Shown here in pieces: positions 1-11,146 of a stretch of DNA of 64,000 bases; positions within the stretch are counted from its first letter, which is position 1; each line of letters begins with the position of its first letter. Made by a program: the position numbers and the translations under genes. The notes beneath the pieces are model-generated. The model did not search any database. It saw nothing but the letters and a program-made list of their open reading frames with translations, and was not told the origin of the DNA. The stretch is from Candidatus Multivoradales bacterium. GTDB taxonomy: Bacteria > Acidobacteriota > Thermoanaerobaculia > Multivoradales > Multivoraceae. Where the stretch lies: assembly GCA_965223325.1 (NCBI GenBank), contig CBDCWI010000001.1, positions 640,001 through 704,000 of the forward strand, in the 5' to 3' direction.

Positions 1-1644
1 CACATGGTTCACCACTTCGAGTACCTGCACTCCTACCCCCACGACTGGCGCTCTAAAACGCCGACGATCTTCCGCGCCACCGAGCAGTGGTTCGCGGCGG
101 TCGATGAACCGACGCGGTCGCACCAGAAGTCGCTGCGCGCCATGGCCCTGGAAGCCACCGAGAACACCGTCAGGTTCTTCCCCGGGTGGGGGCAGAAACG
201 CATGCGCGGCATGCTCGAGTCACGACCGGATTGGTGCTTGTCGCGCCAACGTGCATGGGGCCTGCCCATCCCGGCGTTCAGGCTGCCTGACGGGACGGTC
301 TTGTTGACGGCGGCAACGGTGCGGGCGGTCGCCGCCTGCTTCCTCGAACACGGCAGTGACGCCTGGTTCGAGAAGGACCCAGAGGTCCTCTTGGCCACCT
401 GGGACAAAGCGACCGACGCCGACGCTCCCGAGAGCCTGCGGAGCGGCTCACTGGCGGTCGCCGAGTTGCAGAAGATGTACGACATCTTCGACGTCTGGTT
501 CGAGTCGGGTTCCTCCTGGCACTCGGTGATGCAGGCGCGCGGTCAGGCGCACGCCGAGGGCTCGACCATCACCGATCTCTACCTCGAAGGTTCCGACCAG
601 CATCGCGGCTGGTTTCAGGCGTCGTTGTTGCCGGCCCTGGGGATGACCGGCCGCTCGCCCTTCCGCGACCTCTTGACCCACGGCTTCATGATCGACCGCG
701 ATGGCCGCAAGATCTCCAAGTCCCTGGGCAACACCCTCGAGGTCGAGGACCTCTTGCGCGACTACGGCGCCGATGTTTGCCGCTGGTGGGTGGCGCAGCT
801 CGCCTATGAAAACGACATCAAGGTCGACATAGAAATCTTCGATGCCTCGGGTGACGCCTACCGCAAGGTGCGCAACACCCTACGCTTCCTCCTCGGCAAC
901 CTGGCCGACTTCGATGCCGCGAGCGACAGTGTCGCGCCCGAGCGGCTCGCCTCGACCTCGCTCGATCGTTGGGCCCTCGAGCGCGCCAGCGAGCTCGCAG
1001 GGACCGTCAAGGCAGCCTATGAGGCCTATGAGTTCCGCCGCGCGACCCTGGCGATCTTCGACTTCTGCAACGACACTCTCTCGTCGCAGTACCTCGACGC
1101 CGTCAAAGACCGCCTCTACTGCGACGCCGCGGACTCTCCCCGCCGGCGTTCGGCACAAACGGCAATGTTCGAAATCGCACGAACGCTGATCCCAATGCTC
1201 GCGCCGATTCTCCCGCACACCGCAGACGAAGCCTGGCGCGATCTTCTCGGCATCGAGAAGAACGACCCGACAACCGTGCATACCGAGACCTTCCTGCCCC
1301 TGGACATCGAGGCCGACCCCCGCTGGGAGCAGGTCGGCGAAGTACGCCTGCTGGCCCAGAAGGCGATCGAGGAAGCCAAAGCAAGTGGCATCGAGAACCC
1401 GCTCGACGCCGGTCTGGTGCTCGCCGATCCGAACGGCGAACTGGCCGACTTTCTAGCCGACCTTCCTGACGTGCTCGGCGTTTCCCGCGTTTCCCTGGTC
1501 GGTGACGGCGCACCGGTCTCGGTCGTCGACCTGCGCGACCAGCCGCGTTGCGAACGCTCTTGGCGCCGCGACGAAACCGTCAAGGAGCGCTCCGACGGCG
1601 GCTTCCTCAGCGACCGTGACGCCCAGGCCGTCGGCATCTCGTAG
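1..1644 (+). CDS. ileS: Isoleucine--tRNA ligase, C-terminal part (5' end outside window)
   Basis: HSYPHDWR, DWCLSRQRAWG, DVWFESG, EGSDQHRGWF and KISKS (KMSKS-like) motifs; frame open from base 1. Confidence 0.97.
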   Translation, partial: HMVHHFEYLHSYPHDWRSKTPTIFRATEQWFAAVDEPTRSHQKSLRAMALEATENTVRFFPGWGQKRMRGMLESRPDWCLSRQRAWGLPIPAFRLPDGTVLLTAATVRAVAACFLEHGSDAWFEKDPEVLLATWDKATDADAPESLRSGSLAVAELQKMYDIFDVWFESGSSWHSVMQARGQAHAEGSTITDLYLEGSDQHRGWFQASLLPALGMTGRSPFRDLLTHGFMIDRDGRKISKSLGNTLEVEDLLRDYGADVCRWWVAQLAYENDIKVDIEIFDASGDAYRKVRNTLRFLLGNLADFDAASDSVAPERLASTSLDRWALERASELAGTVKAAYEAYEFRRATLAIFDFCNDTLSSQYLDAVKDRLYCDAADSPRRRSAQTAMFEIARTLIPMLAPILPHTADEAWRDLLGIEKNDPTTVHTETFLPLDIEADPRWEQVGEVRLLAQKAIEEAKASGIENPLDAGLVLADPNGELADFLADLPDVLGVSRVSLVGDGAPVSVVDLRDQPRCERSWRRDETVKERSDGGFLSDRDAQAVGIS

Positions 1645-1717
1645 GGCGACAGTTTCGCGCCGCCCATGACAACCTCTCCTCTACCAACCTTTTCTCCCGC
1701 GACCAACTGAGACCGCT

Positions 1718-4285
1718 ATGAGCGATTTCCCCTACCGACCGTCCGACATTGAAGGCAAATGGCAGAACGCCTGGCAAGACCAGAAGGCCTTTCGCACCCC
1801 GACCGACCTGGCAGAGCTCGCCGGCCGGGAAAAGTTCTACGTGCTCGACATGTTCCCGTACCCCTCAGGAGCGGGAATCCACATCGGCCACCCCGAGGGC
1901 TACACCGCGACCGACGTCATCGCCCGCAAGCGCCGCATGCAGGGCCAGGCCGTTCTGCACCCGATGGGTTGGGATGCCTTCGGCCTGCCGGCCGAGCGGG
2001 CGGCGGTGCGCGAAGACATCCACCCAGCGATCATCACCCGACGCAACATCGACAACTTCCGCGGCCAGATCAAGCGCCTGGGCTTCTCCTATGACTGGGA
2101 TCGCGAGGTCTCGACTGCCGCCCCCGACTACTACCGCTGGACGCAGTGGATCTTCCTCAAGCTCCATGAGCGCGACCTGGCGTACATGGCCGACGTGCCG
2201 GTCAACTGGTGCCCGGCACTGGGCACCGTGCTGGCCAACGAAGAAGTCAAAGACGGCGTCTATGTCGAAACCGGCGATCCGGTCGAACGTCGCACCATGC
2301 GCCAGTGGATGCTCAAGATCACCGCCTACGCCGAGCGCCTGATCGACGACCTCGAGGGCCTGGACTGGCCCGAGCACGTCAAGGAAATGCAGCGCAACTG
2401 GATCGGCAAGTCGCGCGGCGCCGAGATCGAGTTCAAGGTGCGCGGCGTTGAGGGCAAGAGCTTTACCGTCTTTACCACCCGGCCGGACACGCTGTTTGGT
2501 GCCACCTACTGCGTCCTGGCGCCCGAGCACACCCTGGTCGAAGAGATCACCACCGACGAGCAGCGCGCGGCGGTCGACGCCTACGTCGCCCAGGCACGTG
2601 ACAAGAGCGAGCTCCAGCGCACCGATCTGGAGAAAGAAAAAACCGGTGTGTTCACCGGCGCCTACGTCACCCATCCAGTGACCCTCGAGCCGGTCCCCAT
2701 CTGGGTTGCCGACTACGTGCTGGCCACCTACGGCACCGGGGCGATCATGGCCGTTCCCGGCCAGGACCAGCGCGACTGGGACTTTGCCAAGCAGTTCGAT
2801 CTGCCGATCGTGCGCACCGTCGCCCCACCGCCGGACTGGGAGGGCGAGGCCTACACCGGCGAGGGCACGGCCATTCATTCCGACTTCCTCGATGGCCTCC
2901 ACATCGACGACGCCAAGGCGCGCATGATCGCCTGGCTCGAAGAGCATGGGCGCGGCAAGGCGCGGGTCGAGTACCGCCTGCGCGACTGGCTGTTTTCGCG
3001 CCAGCGCTACTGGGGAGAGCCCTTTCCCGTGGTGCACATCATCGACGACGCCGGAAACCCGACCGGTGAGATCGTTGCCGTGCCGCGCGCCGAGCTGCCG
3101 GTCGAGTTGCCGCAGGTCGATGAGTACCGCCCCACCGACGACGGTCGCCCGCCCCTGGCACGTGCTGGCGACGACTGGTTGATGGTCGAGCTGCCCGACG
3201 GTCGGCGTGCGCTGCGCGAGACCAACACCATGCCGCAGTGGGCCGGCTCCTGCTGGTATTACCTGCGCTACATCGACCCGAAGAACGAGCGCGAGCCGTG
3301 GGACCCCGCGCTCGAGCGTTTCTGGATGCCAGTCGACCTGTATATCGGCGGTATCGAACATGCCGTCTTGCACCTGCTCTATTCGCGGTTCTGGCACAAG
3401 GTGCTCTACGACTGCGGTCTGGTGTCGACCACGGAACCGTTCCAGAAGCTCTTCAACCAGGGCATGATTCTCGCCGCCTCGTTCCAGAACGAGGCCGGCA
3501 AGTACTACTCGCCCGAAGACGTCGAAGAGCGAGACGACGCCTTCTTCGCCAAAGAGAGCGGCGAGAAACTGTCGACGCGGGTCGAGAAGATGTCCAAGTC
3601 GCGCCTCAACGTCGTCAACCCAGACGACGTGATCGCCGAATACGGTGCCGATGCCCTGCGCCTCTACGAGCTCTTCATGGGCCCGCTCGAGCAGGTCAAG
3701 CCCTGGTCGACCAAAGATGTCGAAGGGGTCTATCGCTTCTTACAGCGCGTCTGGCGCCTGGCCGTCGACGAAGACAGCGGGAAAGTCGCTTCGAAACTCA
3801 CCGACGCTCCCGGAGCCTCCGAGGACGAGACCTGGCGTTTGCTCCACAAGACGATCAAGAAGGTCGAGGAAGACATCGAAAGCCTGTCGATGAACACCGC
3901 GATCTCGCAGATGATGGTGTGGACGAACGCCGCCACTGCCGCCCGAAGCCTGCCGCGCCAATCGCTCACCACCTTCCTGCGGGTGTTGGCGCCCTTTGCG
4001 CCGCACCTGGCCGAAGAACTGTGGCAACGCCTGGGTGGCGAGGGGCTCGCCTCGCTAGCGGAGTGGCCGCAATGGGATGAAGCCCTGATTGTCGACGAAA
4101 CGATCACTCTCGTCGTCCAGGTCAACGGCAAGAAGCGCGACACCCTCGAAGTGCCCGCCGATGCTGACCAGGCAACCCTCGAGCAGCTGGCGTTGGCGTC
4201 CGAAGGGGCGGTGAAGTTCCTCGAGGGCAAGAAGCCCAGGAAGATCATCGTGGTACCCGGCCGACTGGTGAACATCGTCGGGTAG
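1718..4285 (+). CDS. leuS: Leucine--tRNA ligase
   Basis: MFPYPSG, HIGH, FTTRPDT editing motif, [19 protein letters not shown]-terminal VQVNGK. Confidence 0.98.
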   Translation: MSDFPYRPSDIEGKWQNAWQDQKAFRTPTDLAELAGREKFYVLDMFPYPSGAGIHIGHPEGYTATDVIARKRRMQGQAVLHPMGWDAFGLPAERAAVREDIHPAIITRRNIDNFRGQIKRLGFSYDWDREVSTAAPDYYRWTQWIFLKLHERDLAYMADVPVNWCPALGTVLANEEVKDGVYVETGDPVERRTMRQWMLKITAYAERLIDDLEGLDWPEHVKEMQRNWIGKSRGAEIEFKVRGVEGKSFTVFTTRPDTLFGATYCVLAPEHTLVEEITTDEQRAAVDAYVAQARDKSELQRTDLEKEKTGVFTGAYVTHPVTLEPVPIWVADYVLATYGTGAIMAVPGQDQRDWDFAKQFDLPIVRTVAPPPDWEGEAYTGEGTAIHSDFLDGLHIDDAKARMIAWLEEHGRGKARVEYRLRDWLFSRQRYWGEPFPVVHIIDDAGNPTGEIVAVPRAELPVELPQVDEYRPTDDGRPPLARAGDDWLMVELPDGRRALRETNTMPQWAGSCWYYLRYIDPKNEREPWDPALERFWMPVDLYIGGIEHAVLHLLYSRFWHKVLYDCGLVSTTEPFQKLFNQGMILAASFQNEAGKYYSPEDVEERDDAFFAKESGEKLSTRVEKMSKSRLNVVNPDDVIAEYGADALRLYELFMGPLEQVKPWSTKDVEGVYRFLQRVWRLAVDEDSGKVASKLTDAPGASEDETWRLLHKTIKKVEEDIESLSMNTAISQMMVWTNAATAARSLPRQSLTTFLRVLAPFAPHLAEELWQRLGGEGLASLAEWPQWDEALIVDETITLVVQVNGKKRDTLEVPADADQATLEQLALASEGAVKFLEGKKPRKIIVVPGRLVNIVG

Positions 4286-4560
4286 GAGCCCCTCCATATC
4301 CGCCGCGAGCTCGCGGGCATACAGCAAGAGTGGTCAAGAGACCGGCCTCGAGCCGGCTGGGTGAGGTGCGTTCAAGGGAATGATCTTGCCGCCGGCGGCG
4401 CCCGTGACGCTGCGACGCCAAGAAATTCTTTCATCTTTTTTCCCTGCAATTCACTGGGCGTCGTCTGCATCGGCTCACTCTCCGGCGCGAAGAGGTCGCC
4501 CGCAAAGGACTGAAAAGACAGCCATCTGGCCTTGCCCACCCAGGCACGCTTCGAGAAGGC

Positions 4561-4625
4561 GATAAATACGAGTATTTGGTCAAAAGAATACACCTATTAG
4601 TCAATTCAAAAATTGTTTAGTACTT
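4561..4625 (+). promoter_or_regulatory. AT-rich upstream regulatory region with two inverted repeats
   Basis: AAATAC-ga-GTATTT (4564-4577) and CAATT-caaa-AATTG (4602-4615) in an AT-rich patch of an otherwise GC-rich window. Confidence 0.45.
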
Positions 4626-4758
4626 TCGCTCCAATCCAGAATCACCATTTCCGGTCAATCGCCGGCCTCCCCGCGACTCCACTCCTCTTGTCGCCGGCGC
4701 GAGACAACCAACCGGTTCGAGCACATCGGCTCGACCCTGAACCTTAGAGGTGTTACCC

Positions 4759-7700
4759 ATGCCCACACTCGTTCATCGTTCGCGCAAACTCCATGCGCTC
4801 CTCTTGTCGGTTGCCGTCCTGGTCGCACTGGTTGCGGTTCCCGCCGCCGCGCAGACGGCCACGCCAACCGACGCATTTACCTTCTACGTTCCGTTCCCCG
4901 AGAGCGACGCGGACACTGTGTTCAGCGAGCTGCTCACCGGCTGGACCGGCGACGACACGCCCGACGATCACATCGTCAGCGTGATCTCGATCGCGGTGTC
5001 CGGCAACGGCACCGTCATCTACTACGACCATCACGAAGATGGTTTCCAGCCGACATTCGTCGGCGCGCCCGCCGGGACCGTCCTCATCTGGGGTGACGGA
5101 GACGCCAGCAATGGTGTCCCGCTGGGCGATCGCAACGGCGATAGCACGATCGACGACCTCGACGATTTCCTTCTTGCAGGCGACGTCATTGCCCTGCGCG
5201 ATGACATTCCGCTTCCCGACTCCTCCGCGACCCTGCGTTTCGACGGTGGTGACAAGCTGGGCGCCAGCCGCCCGATCGCCGTCACGCGCATTGCCTGGGA
5301 CATCGACGCTGGTGCCTTGCTCGCCGGTGCTGTCGAGGTGTACGCAGTTTCGGAGTACGGCACGCAGTATGTCTTGCCGATCGGTGAGAACCTGGCGACC
5401 ATCGACGAGGGCATGTTCAGTCGCACCTACGCCAGCATCATGGCGTCGGAGGACAACACCCTGGTCGAGGCCCGCATCGCTGGCGGTTCGGGCACCTGGG
5501 TCGCCATTGGCACGATCAACGAGGGTGAGAGCCTGCTCTACCCGCAGTCCAACGCCGGGCTCGAGATCCGCGCCTCTAGCCCAGTCCAGGTTCACCTGGC
5601 CACCGGCCAGACCTACGCCGAAGGCGGCAAGTTCGAGTCGCGTTGGTTCAGCCTTTCGCAGGACGACTTCCTTGGCGGCGAGTACTTCACCCCCGCCTCG
5701 ACGACGGTCCAGGGCACCGGCACGCTCCTCAACCCGACGTCGGCCTTCGTCTACAACCCCAACGCCGCCACCATCTCGGTATGGGTCGAGAGTTCTGGTG
5801 CTGCAACCTTCTGCGCCGACATCACTGGGTTTTCGACCCAGCGTTTCGACCTTCCAGGCGGTGCCTACACCGGCACCGGCTCCGTCAAGACCGGCGACGG
5901 CACTCACCTGATCGCCTCGGCAACAGCAGTCTGTAACGTCGATCCGGTTCCCACCTCCTCCGACACTGAGATCTCGGCTGTCGCGGCAGTGAACGCTCTC
6001 CCGCAGGCGGATACCAGCGCTCCGGACAACGACACCTGGGATTGGGGCTACTCGCTGATTCCGGTCTCGCGCCTCACGACGCAGGGTCTGGTGGGTTGGG
6101 GCCCGGGCTTCGACCTGGCCGATCCGACCGGCGCAACGTCGACCGTCAACGGCAGCCCGATCTGGGTCATCGCCACCGTCGACGGCACCACCGTCGTCGC
6201 AGACTGGGACGGCGCCGATGTCAGCGTCGTCCTCGACAAGTACGAGACCGTTCAGTTCGCTGATCCTGATCTCGACAACACCGGAACGCGGATCTTCAGC
6301 CTTCAGGGCCCAGATGGCGTCGACAAGCCGATCGCCATCGCCTGGGGCGAGAACTCCGAGGTAGCGAACGTTGCGAGGCCCTTCCTCGACGTCGGTACCA
6401 GCGTCTACCCGCTGCCGGCCTTCACACTCCGTAAGGAGGTCGCGCTCGCTGACGATGTCGACATGAACGGTGTCTACGACGCCGGCGACACGGTGCTTTA
6501 CACCATCAATGTGATCAACGAGAAGCAGGGTGCCCTGCGCAACATTCGGGTGTGGGACATCCTCCCCGACTCGCTCATCTATGAGGAGGGCACCACCTCG
6601 CTGCTCCATCCAGACGGGACTAGAACGGCGATTGCCGACGACGACCCGGCGGATGACCCCACCCCCTTCCCGCTCGACGGAGATGGTGTGGTGATCGGCG
6701 ACCTCTCGATCTTCGAAGACGGCTATCAGGTGTCCTTTGAGGCAACCATCCGCGGCGACCTCGAAGTCGAGTACGGCGAGATGATCATCAACAACGCTTG
6801 CGCCGTGGCGACCAACGCCCAGGAAGATTGCGACGACAGCACGTTCCTGATCCATCAGCCCGCCATCGATCTAGAGAAGTCGGTCATCATCGATGACGGT
6901 GTGAGCGACCTCGCTGACCTGTGCGCCGATGCTGAGCAGTCGACCACCGGTGCTACCGGCACGGCGATCTACTACTGCTTCACCATCACCAACACCGGCA
7001 ACACCTATCTGTCAGACCTGGTCTTCGTCGATGACGACTTGTCTATCGCTCTCGGAGACCTGACCCTGGTGTCTGGTTCGACCGCTCTGATGGCACCGGG
7101 TGATTCCGCGGTGTACGCCTACTCGAGCACGATCGGTGATGCGTACTTCCTGAACACTGCCGACGTCACCGGCAACCCGACCGACAATCAGGGGAACGAC
7201 CTTCCGGGTGTCGACGACGTCACCGACGACGACGACGCCGAGGTCACTCCCTGGGATCCGTCGATCGAGATCGTCAAGGACCCGGACAACCAGACGGTTC
7301 GAGTTGGTGGCACGGCGATGTGGAACATCACGGTGACCAACACCGGCAACGTGCTCCTTACCAACGTCACCGTAACCGACACGATCGCACCAGACTGCGA
7401 TCACTTCATCGGTGACCTCGAGCCTGGCGTGGAGAACGCCGTGACCTACACCTGCGAGCTGCAGGACGTCACCGAAGACTTCACCAATGTCGCAGTCGTC
7501 AAGGGCGATGATCCAGATGGAGAACCGGTCGAAGATGACGACGACGCAGACGTCGACGTGACCAACCCCGGCATCTCGATCGACAAGGCCGCCAAGGATG
7601 GAACCGACTCCCAGACCGTCCGTACCGACGGAACGGCAACCTGGGACATCACGGTCACCAACACCGGCGACATAGACCTCGAGAACGTCACCGTGACCGA

Positions 7701-9333
7701 TGAACTCGCACCTGGGTGCGACAGCGTCATCGGTGACCTGGCGGTCGGCGAGTCCACCTCCTACGAGTGCACCCTGGACAACGTTCAGGCGGACTTCACC
7801 AACGTCGCTGATGTGACCGGTGATCCGACCGATGGTGGTGATCCGGTCACTGACGACGATCCTTCCGATGTCGTTGTCCGTGACCCGGGCATCACCATCA
7901 CGAAGAGTGCGACCGATGGAACCGACTCCCAGACCCTCCGCACCGGCGGAACGGCAACCTGGGACATCACGGTCACCAACACTGGCGATATCGACCTCGA
8001 GAACGTCACCGTGACCGACGACCTCGCACCCGGGTGCGACAACGTCATCGGTGACCTGGCGGTCGGCGAGTCCACCTCCTACGAGTGCACCCTGGACAAC
8101 GTTCAGGCGGACTTCACCAACGTCGCTGACGTGACCGGTGATCCGACCGATGGTGGTGATCCGGTCACTGACGACGATCCTTCCGATGTCGTTGTCCGTG
8201 ACCCGGGCATTACCATCACGAAGAGTGCGACCGATGGGACGGACCTGCAGACCTTCAGAGTCGGGGGGACCGCTACCTGGGACATCACAGTCACCAACAC
8301 CGGTCAGGTTGACCTGACCAACGTCACAGTGACCGACGCCCTGGCACCGTTGTGCGACAGCGTCATCGGTGACCTCGCGGTTGGTGCCTCAACGACGTAC
8401 CAGTGCACCCTGGCAGACGTCCAGGCGGACTTCACCAACGTCGCTGACGTGACCGGTGATCCGACCGATGGTGGTGATCCGGTTACGGACACCGACCCCT
8501 CCGCCGTCGATGTCTACAACCCGGCAATCAGCATCGTGAAGAGCGCTATTGACGGCACCGACGAGCAGGCGGTTCCCAACGGCGGCACCGCCACCTGGAC
8601 CATCGTGGTCACCAACACCGGTGATGTCGAACTGACGAACGTCGTCGTGACCGATCCGCTGGCACCGAACTGTGTCAACGACATCGGCACTCTGGCGATC
8701 GGCGCTTCGGTCTCCTACACGTGCACCCTCGATGGTGTGACGGAGGACTTCACCAACACCGCGTTTGTCACTGGCACGCCCCCCGATGGTGGTGACGTAA
8801 CCGATGACGATCCTTCGAGCGTCACGGTTCCGCCGCCCATCGTGACCGACCTCGACGGAAACCGCACCATCGGCTTCTGGAAGAACCACTGCAACCGGTT
8901 CAAGAAGAACAACCCGGATGCCATCGACCAGATGCCGGTGATGCTCGGTGACCAGTTGGGCATTCCAGATCCGGATACCATCGCCGACGACGGCACCTTC
9001 GATGCCGACCAGGCGTGCGAGGATTCTGGAAACATCCTCGACAGTCGGGATCTCGACGGTCAGAAGCACGCCGAGGACGCCGCCTACAACCTCGCGAGCC
9101 AGCTGCTGGCCGCGAAGTACAACGCCAACCTGAGCGAGGGCACGACCGTCTGCGCCGCAGTCGGCGAGGCGATCGGCGACGCCGACGCCCTCCTGGCAGC
9201 CGTTGGGTTCAATGGCACGGGCGACTACCTCGTGCCGGGCGACGAGGACACGGCGGAAGATCGCGCCACTGCGATCGTCCTGGCGGACATCCTCGATCGC
9301 TACAACAACAGCGACATGACGGCGTGTGAGTGA
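4759..9333 (+). CDS. Large secreted acidic surface protein/adhesin: N-terminal IgGFc-binding-like region, tandem DUF11/DUF7507-type Ig-like repeats, C-terminal TIGFWKNH-type domain
   Basis: Signal peptide (LLLSVAVLVALVAVPAAA-Q); repeated ITVTNTGxxxLxNVTVTD...FTNVA units; Asp/Thr-rich; ATG preceded by AGAGG. Confidence 0.8.
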   Translation: MPTLVHRSRKLHALLLSVAVLVALVAVPAAAQTATPTDAFTFYVPFPESDADTVFSELLTGWTGDDTPDDHIVSVISIAVSGNGTVIYYDHHEDGFQPTFVGAPAGTVLIWGDGDASNGVPLGDRNGDSTIDDLDDFLLAGDVIALRDDIPLPDSSATLRFDGGDKLGASRPIAVTRIAWDIDAGALLAGAVEVYAVSEYGTQYVLPIGENLATIDEGMFSRTYASIMASEDNTLVEARIAGGSGTWVAIGTINEGESLLYPQSNAGLEIRASSPVQVHLATGQTYAEGGKFESRWFSLSQDDFLGGEYFTPASTTVQGTGTLLNPTSAFVYNPNAATISVWVESSGAATFCADITGFSTQRFDLPGGAYTGTGSVKTGDGTHLIASATAVCNVDPVPTSSDTEISAVAAVNALPQADTSAPDNDTWDWGYSLIPVSRLTTQGLVGWGPGFDLADPTGATSTVNGSPIWVIATVDGTTVVADWDGADVSVVLDKYETVQFADPDLDNTGTRIFSLQGPDGVDKPIAIAWGENSEVANVARPFLDVGTSVYPLPAFTLRKEVALADDVDMNGVYDAGDTVLYTINVINEKQGALRNIRVWDILPDSLIYEEGTTSLLHPDGTRTAIADDDPADDPTPFPLDGDGVVIGDLSIFEDGYQVSFEATIRGDLEVEYGEMIINNACAVATNAQEDCDDSTFLIHQPAIDLEKSVIIDDGVSDLADLCADAEQSTTGATGTAIYYCFTITNTGNTYLSDLVFVDDDLSIALGDLTLVSGSTALMAPGDSAVYAYSSTIGDAYFLNTADVTGNPTDNQGNDLPGVDDVTDDDDAEVTPWDPSIEIVKDPDNQTVRVGGTAMWNITVTNTGNVLLTNVTVTDTIAPDCDHFIGDLEPGVENAVTYTCELQDVTEDFTNVAVVKGDDPDGEPVEDDDDADVDVTNPGISIDKAAKDGTDSQTVRTDGTATWDITVTNTGDIDLENVTVTDELAPGCDSVIGDLAVGESTSYECTLDNVQADFTNVADVTGDPTDGGDPVTDDDPSDVVVRDPGITITKSATDGTDSQTLRTGGTATWDITVTNTGDIDLENVTVTDDLAPGCDNVIGDLAVGESTSYECTLDNVQADFTNVADVTGDPTDGGDPVTDDDPSDVVVRDPGITITKSATDGTDLQTFRVGGTATWDITVTNTGQVDLTNVTVTDALAPLCDSVIGDLAVGASTTYQCTLADVQADFTNVADVTGDPTDGGDPVTDTDPSAVDVYNPAISIVKSAIDGTDEQAVPNGGTATWTIVVTNTGDVELTNVVVTDPLAPNCVNDIGTLAIGASVSYTCTLDGVTEDFTNTAFVTGTPPDGGDVTDDDPSSVTVPPPIVTDLDGNRTIGFWKNHCNRFKKNNPDAIDQMPVMLGDQLGIPDPDTIADDGTFDADQACEDSGNILDSRDLDGQKHAEDAAYNLASQLLAAKYNANLSEGTTVCAAVGEAIGDADALLAAVGFNGTGDYLVPGDEDTAEDRATAIVLADILDRYNNSDMTACE
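7560..8510 (+). repeat. Intragenic tandem repeat, 318-bp (106-aa) period, about 3 near-identical units
   Basis: GAACCGACTCCCAGACC at 7601 and 7919; a diverged equivalent one period later (about 8237); long exact DNA matches between units. Confidence 0.92.
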
Positions 9334-9383
9334 GTCCTACCTCCGCGTAGGTTGGTAGCGACCGACAGGTCGTGACCGCATTG

Positions 9384-9425
9384 CGCCCCCTTCCTGCCTC
9401 CGGGCGGAAGGGGGCGTTCTTGTTT
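9384..9425 (+). terminator. Rho-independent terminator
   Basis: CGCCCCCTTCC...GGAAGGGGGCG stem followed by TTCTTGTTT, downstream of the large gene. Confidence 0.85.
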
Positions 9426-9481
9426 CCGAAGGTGCCGCTGGAGCGCGCTACGATGATCCTCTCCCTCGAAAAGGATCCTCA

Positions 9482-10969
9482 ATGGTGGCTCTCGCTACTC
9501 TCTCTTCTCCCTTTCTGGCACCTCAGAGGGCCGTCGTTGCCCTCCTCTTAGCCAGCGCAGTCGGCTCCGCAGGTCATGCAACCTCCGACTGGGCCATGTT
9601 TCGTGGCCCCAACGGCCAGGGCATCGCCGAGGTGGGTGCCCTGCCCACGGAAATCGGCCCCGAGAAGGCACTGATTTGGCGCCTGGAAATACCACCCGGG
9701 TCCTCGTCTCCGGTGCTCTTTGGCGACCGCATCTATCTCACGGGCTACGACGGAGATGATCTGCTCGTACTCGCGATCGACGTTTCCGGCCAGGAGGCCT
9801 GGCGCAAGACGGTACCTCGCACCCGCCACGAGAAACTCGACAACAGGAACGACCCGGCGTCGCCCTCGGTGGCGGTCGACGAACGTGGCGTGGTGGCGTT
9901 CTTTGGCGACTTCGGCCTCATCGCCTACGACCACCAGGGCCAGGAGCAGTGGAGGAAAGCGCTCGGGCCGTTCAACAACCTCTACGGCGTGGGAGCCTCA
10001 CCCGTGATCCATGGCGACATGGTCGTGCTTTCAGTCGACCAACAGCAGGGATCTTTCCTGAAGGCTTTCTCTCGCTCGTCGGGCGAGACCGTCTGGGAGA
10101 CCCGCCGCCCCGAGGCCAAGACCGGGCACTCCACCCCGATCTTGTATGAGCCGGAGGGCGGGAAACCGCAGCTCATTCTGCCGGGCTCGTTCTTTCTCAC
10201 CGGCTACGACCTGGCCACCGGCCGAAAGCTGTGGTGGGTGCATGGGCTGTCGTTCGAGATGAAGTCTGTGCCAGTGATCGGCGCTGGCCACATCTTCATC
10301 AACGGCTACGGTTCTCAGTTCAACGACCCGGACAAGAGCGTAGCCACGATGGAGTGGGCTGAGGCGATCCGAAAGAGCGACGAGAACGCCGATGGCCAGA
10401 TTTCGGAAGACGAGCTCGCCCACGACCAGTTCGCGCACGGATGGTTCGGCTTCAACGACCTCAACCAGGACGGCCGATTGAGCGAAGTCGAGTGGCAGTA
10501 CTTTCGTGACGCCTTGGCCACTCGCAACAACATGATGGCGGTTCGGCTCCCTTTGGCAGATGAGCGCGGCGATCTCACCGGAACGCACATCAGCTGGCAG
10601 TACTTCAGGAACGTCCCGCAGCTGCCATCGCCGGTGCTCTACAGGGGCGTCTTGTGGATGATCAGCGATCGCGGCATCGCGACCACCTTCGAACCGCGCA
10701 CAGGGATGATCATCAACCAGGGTCGCATTGCCGGCGGTGCGGAGAGCTACTACGCCAGCCCGATAGCGGCCGACGGCAAGATCTGGCTCGCGGCCCGCTC
10801 GGGCCTGGTCTCGGTCATGCCAGCGGATGGCCACCTCGAACCACTCCATCAGGTCGAGCTCGACGAAACCATCACCGCCACTCCGGCACTCGCGCCGGGG
10901 CGGCTCTACGTGCGCACCAACAAGGCCCTCTGGGCATTTGCCTCGGCGCCTGCCGAAGGCTCGAACTGA
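9482..10969 (+). CDS. PQQ-binding-like (BamB-like) beta-propeller protein with EF-hand-like insert
   Basis: DWAMFRGPNG start, SSP/ASP/STP repeats with G...W motifs; DENADGQISEDE and DLNQDGRLSEVE loops; signal peptide. Confidence 0.85.
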   Translation: MVALATLSSPFLAPQRAVVALLLASAVGSAGHATSDWAMFRGPNGQGIAEVGALPTEIGPEKALIWRLEIPPGSSSPVLFGDRIYLTGYDGDDLLVLAIDVSGQEAWRKTVPRTRHEKLDNRNDPASPSVAVDERGVVAFFGDFGLIAYDHQGQEQWRKALGPFNNLYGVGASPVIHGDMVVLSVDQQQGSFLKAFSRSSGETVWETRRPEAKTGHSTPILYEPEGGKPQLILPGSFFLTGYDLATGRKLWWVHGLSFEMKSVPVIGAGHIFINGYGSQFNDPDKSVATMEWAEAIRKSDENADGQISEDELAHDQFAHGWFGFNDLNQDGRLSEVEWQYFRDALATRNNMMAVRLPLADERGDLTGTHISWQYFRNVPQLPSPVLYRGVLWMISDRGIATTFEPRTGMIINQGRIAGGAESYYASPIAADGKIWLAARSGLVSVMPADGHLEPLHQVELDETITATPALAPGRLYVRTNKALWAFASAPAEGSN

Positions 10970-11146
10970 AACCTCCGAGAGCCCCATGTGAGGCAGGCGA
11001 GCTGCCCGCGCGAACCGGCCCATCGGCGACCTCCCGAAGTGTTCAGGGCGCGCGAACTCTTTGGTACGCTTCGCCCGCCGCAAGAATCAAACCAAATGTG
11101 ACAGGGTCCATACAAGGCCCGAGAACGCCCAGCGGAGACTCCACGC

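Noticed and set aside
709-723. IleRS KISKS as a mupirocin-resistance mark
   Set aside because: A conservative variant; the informative HIGH region lies outside the window
4753-6855. 700-aa antisense ORF and other long shadow ORFs (e.g. 1865-3397 -, 48692-50071 +)
   Set aside because: Antisense to well-supported genes; expected in high-GC DNA; no motifs
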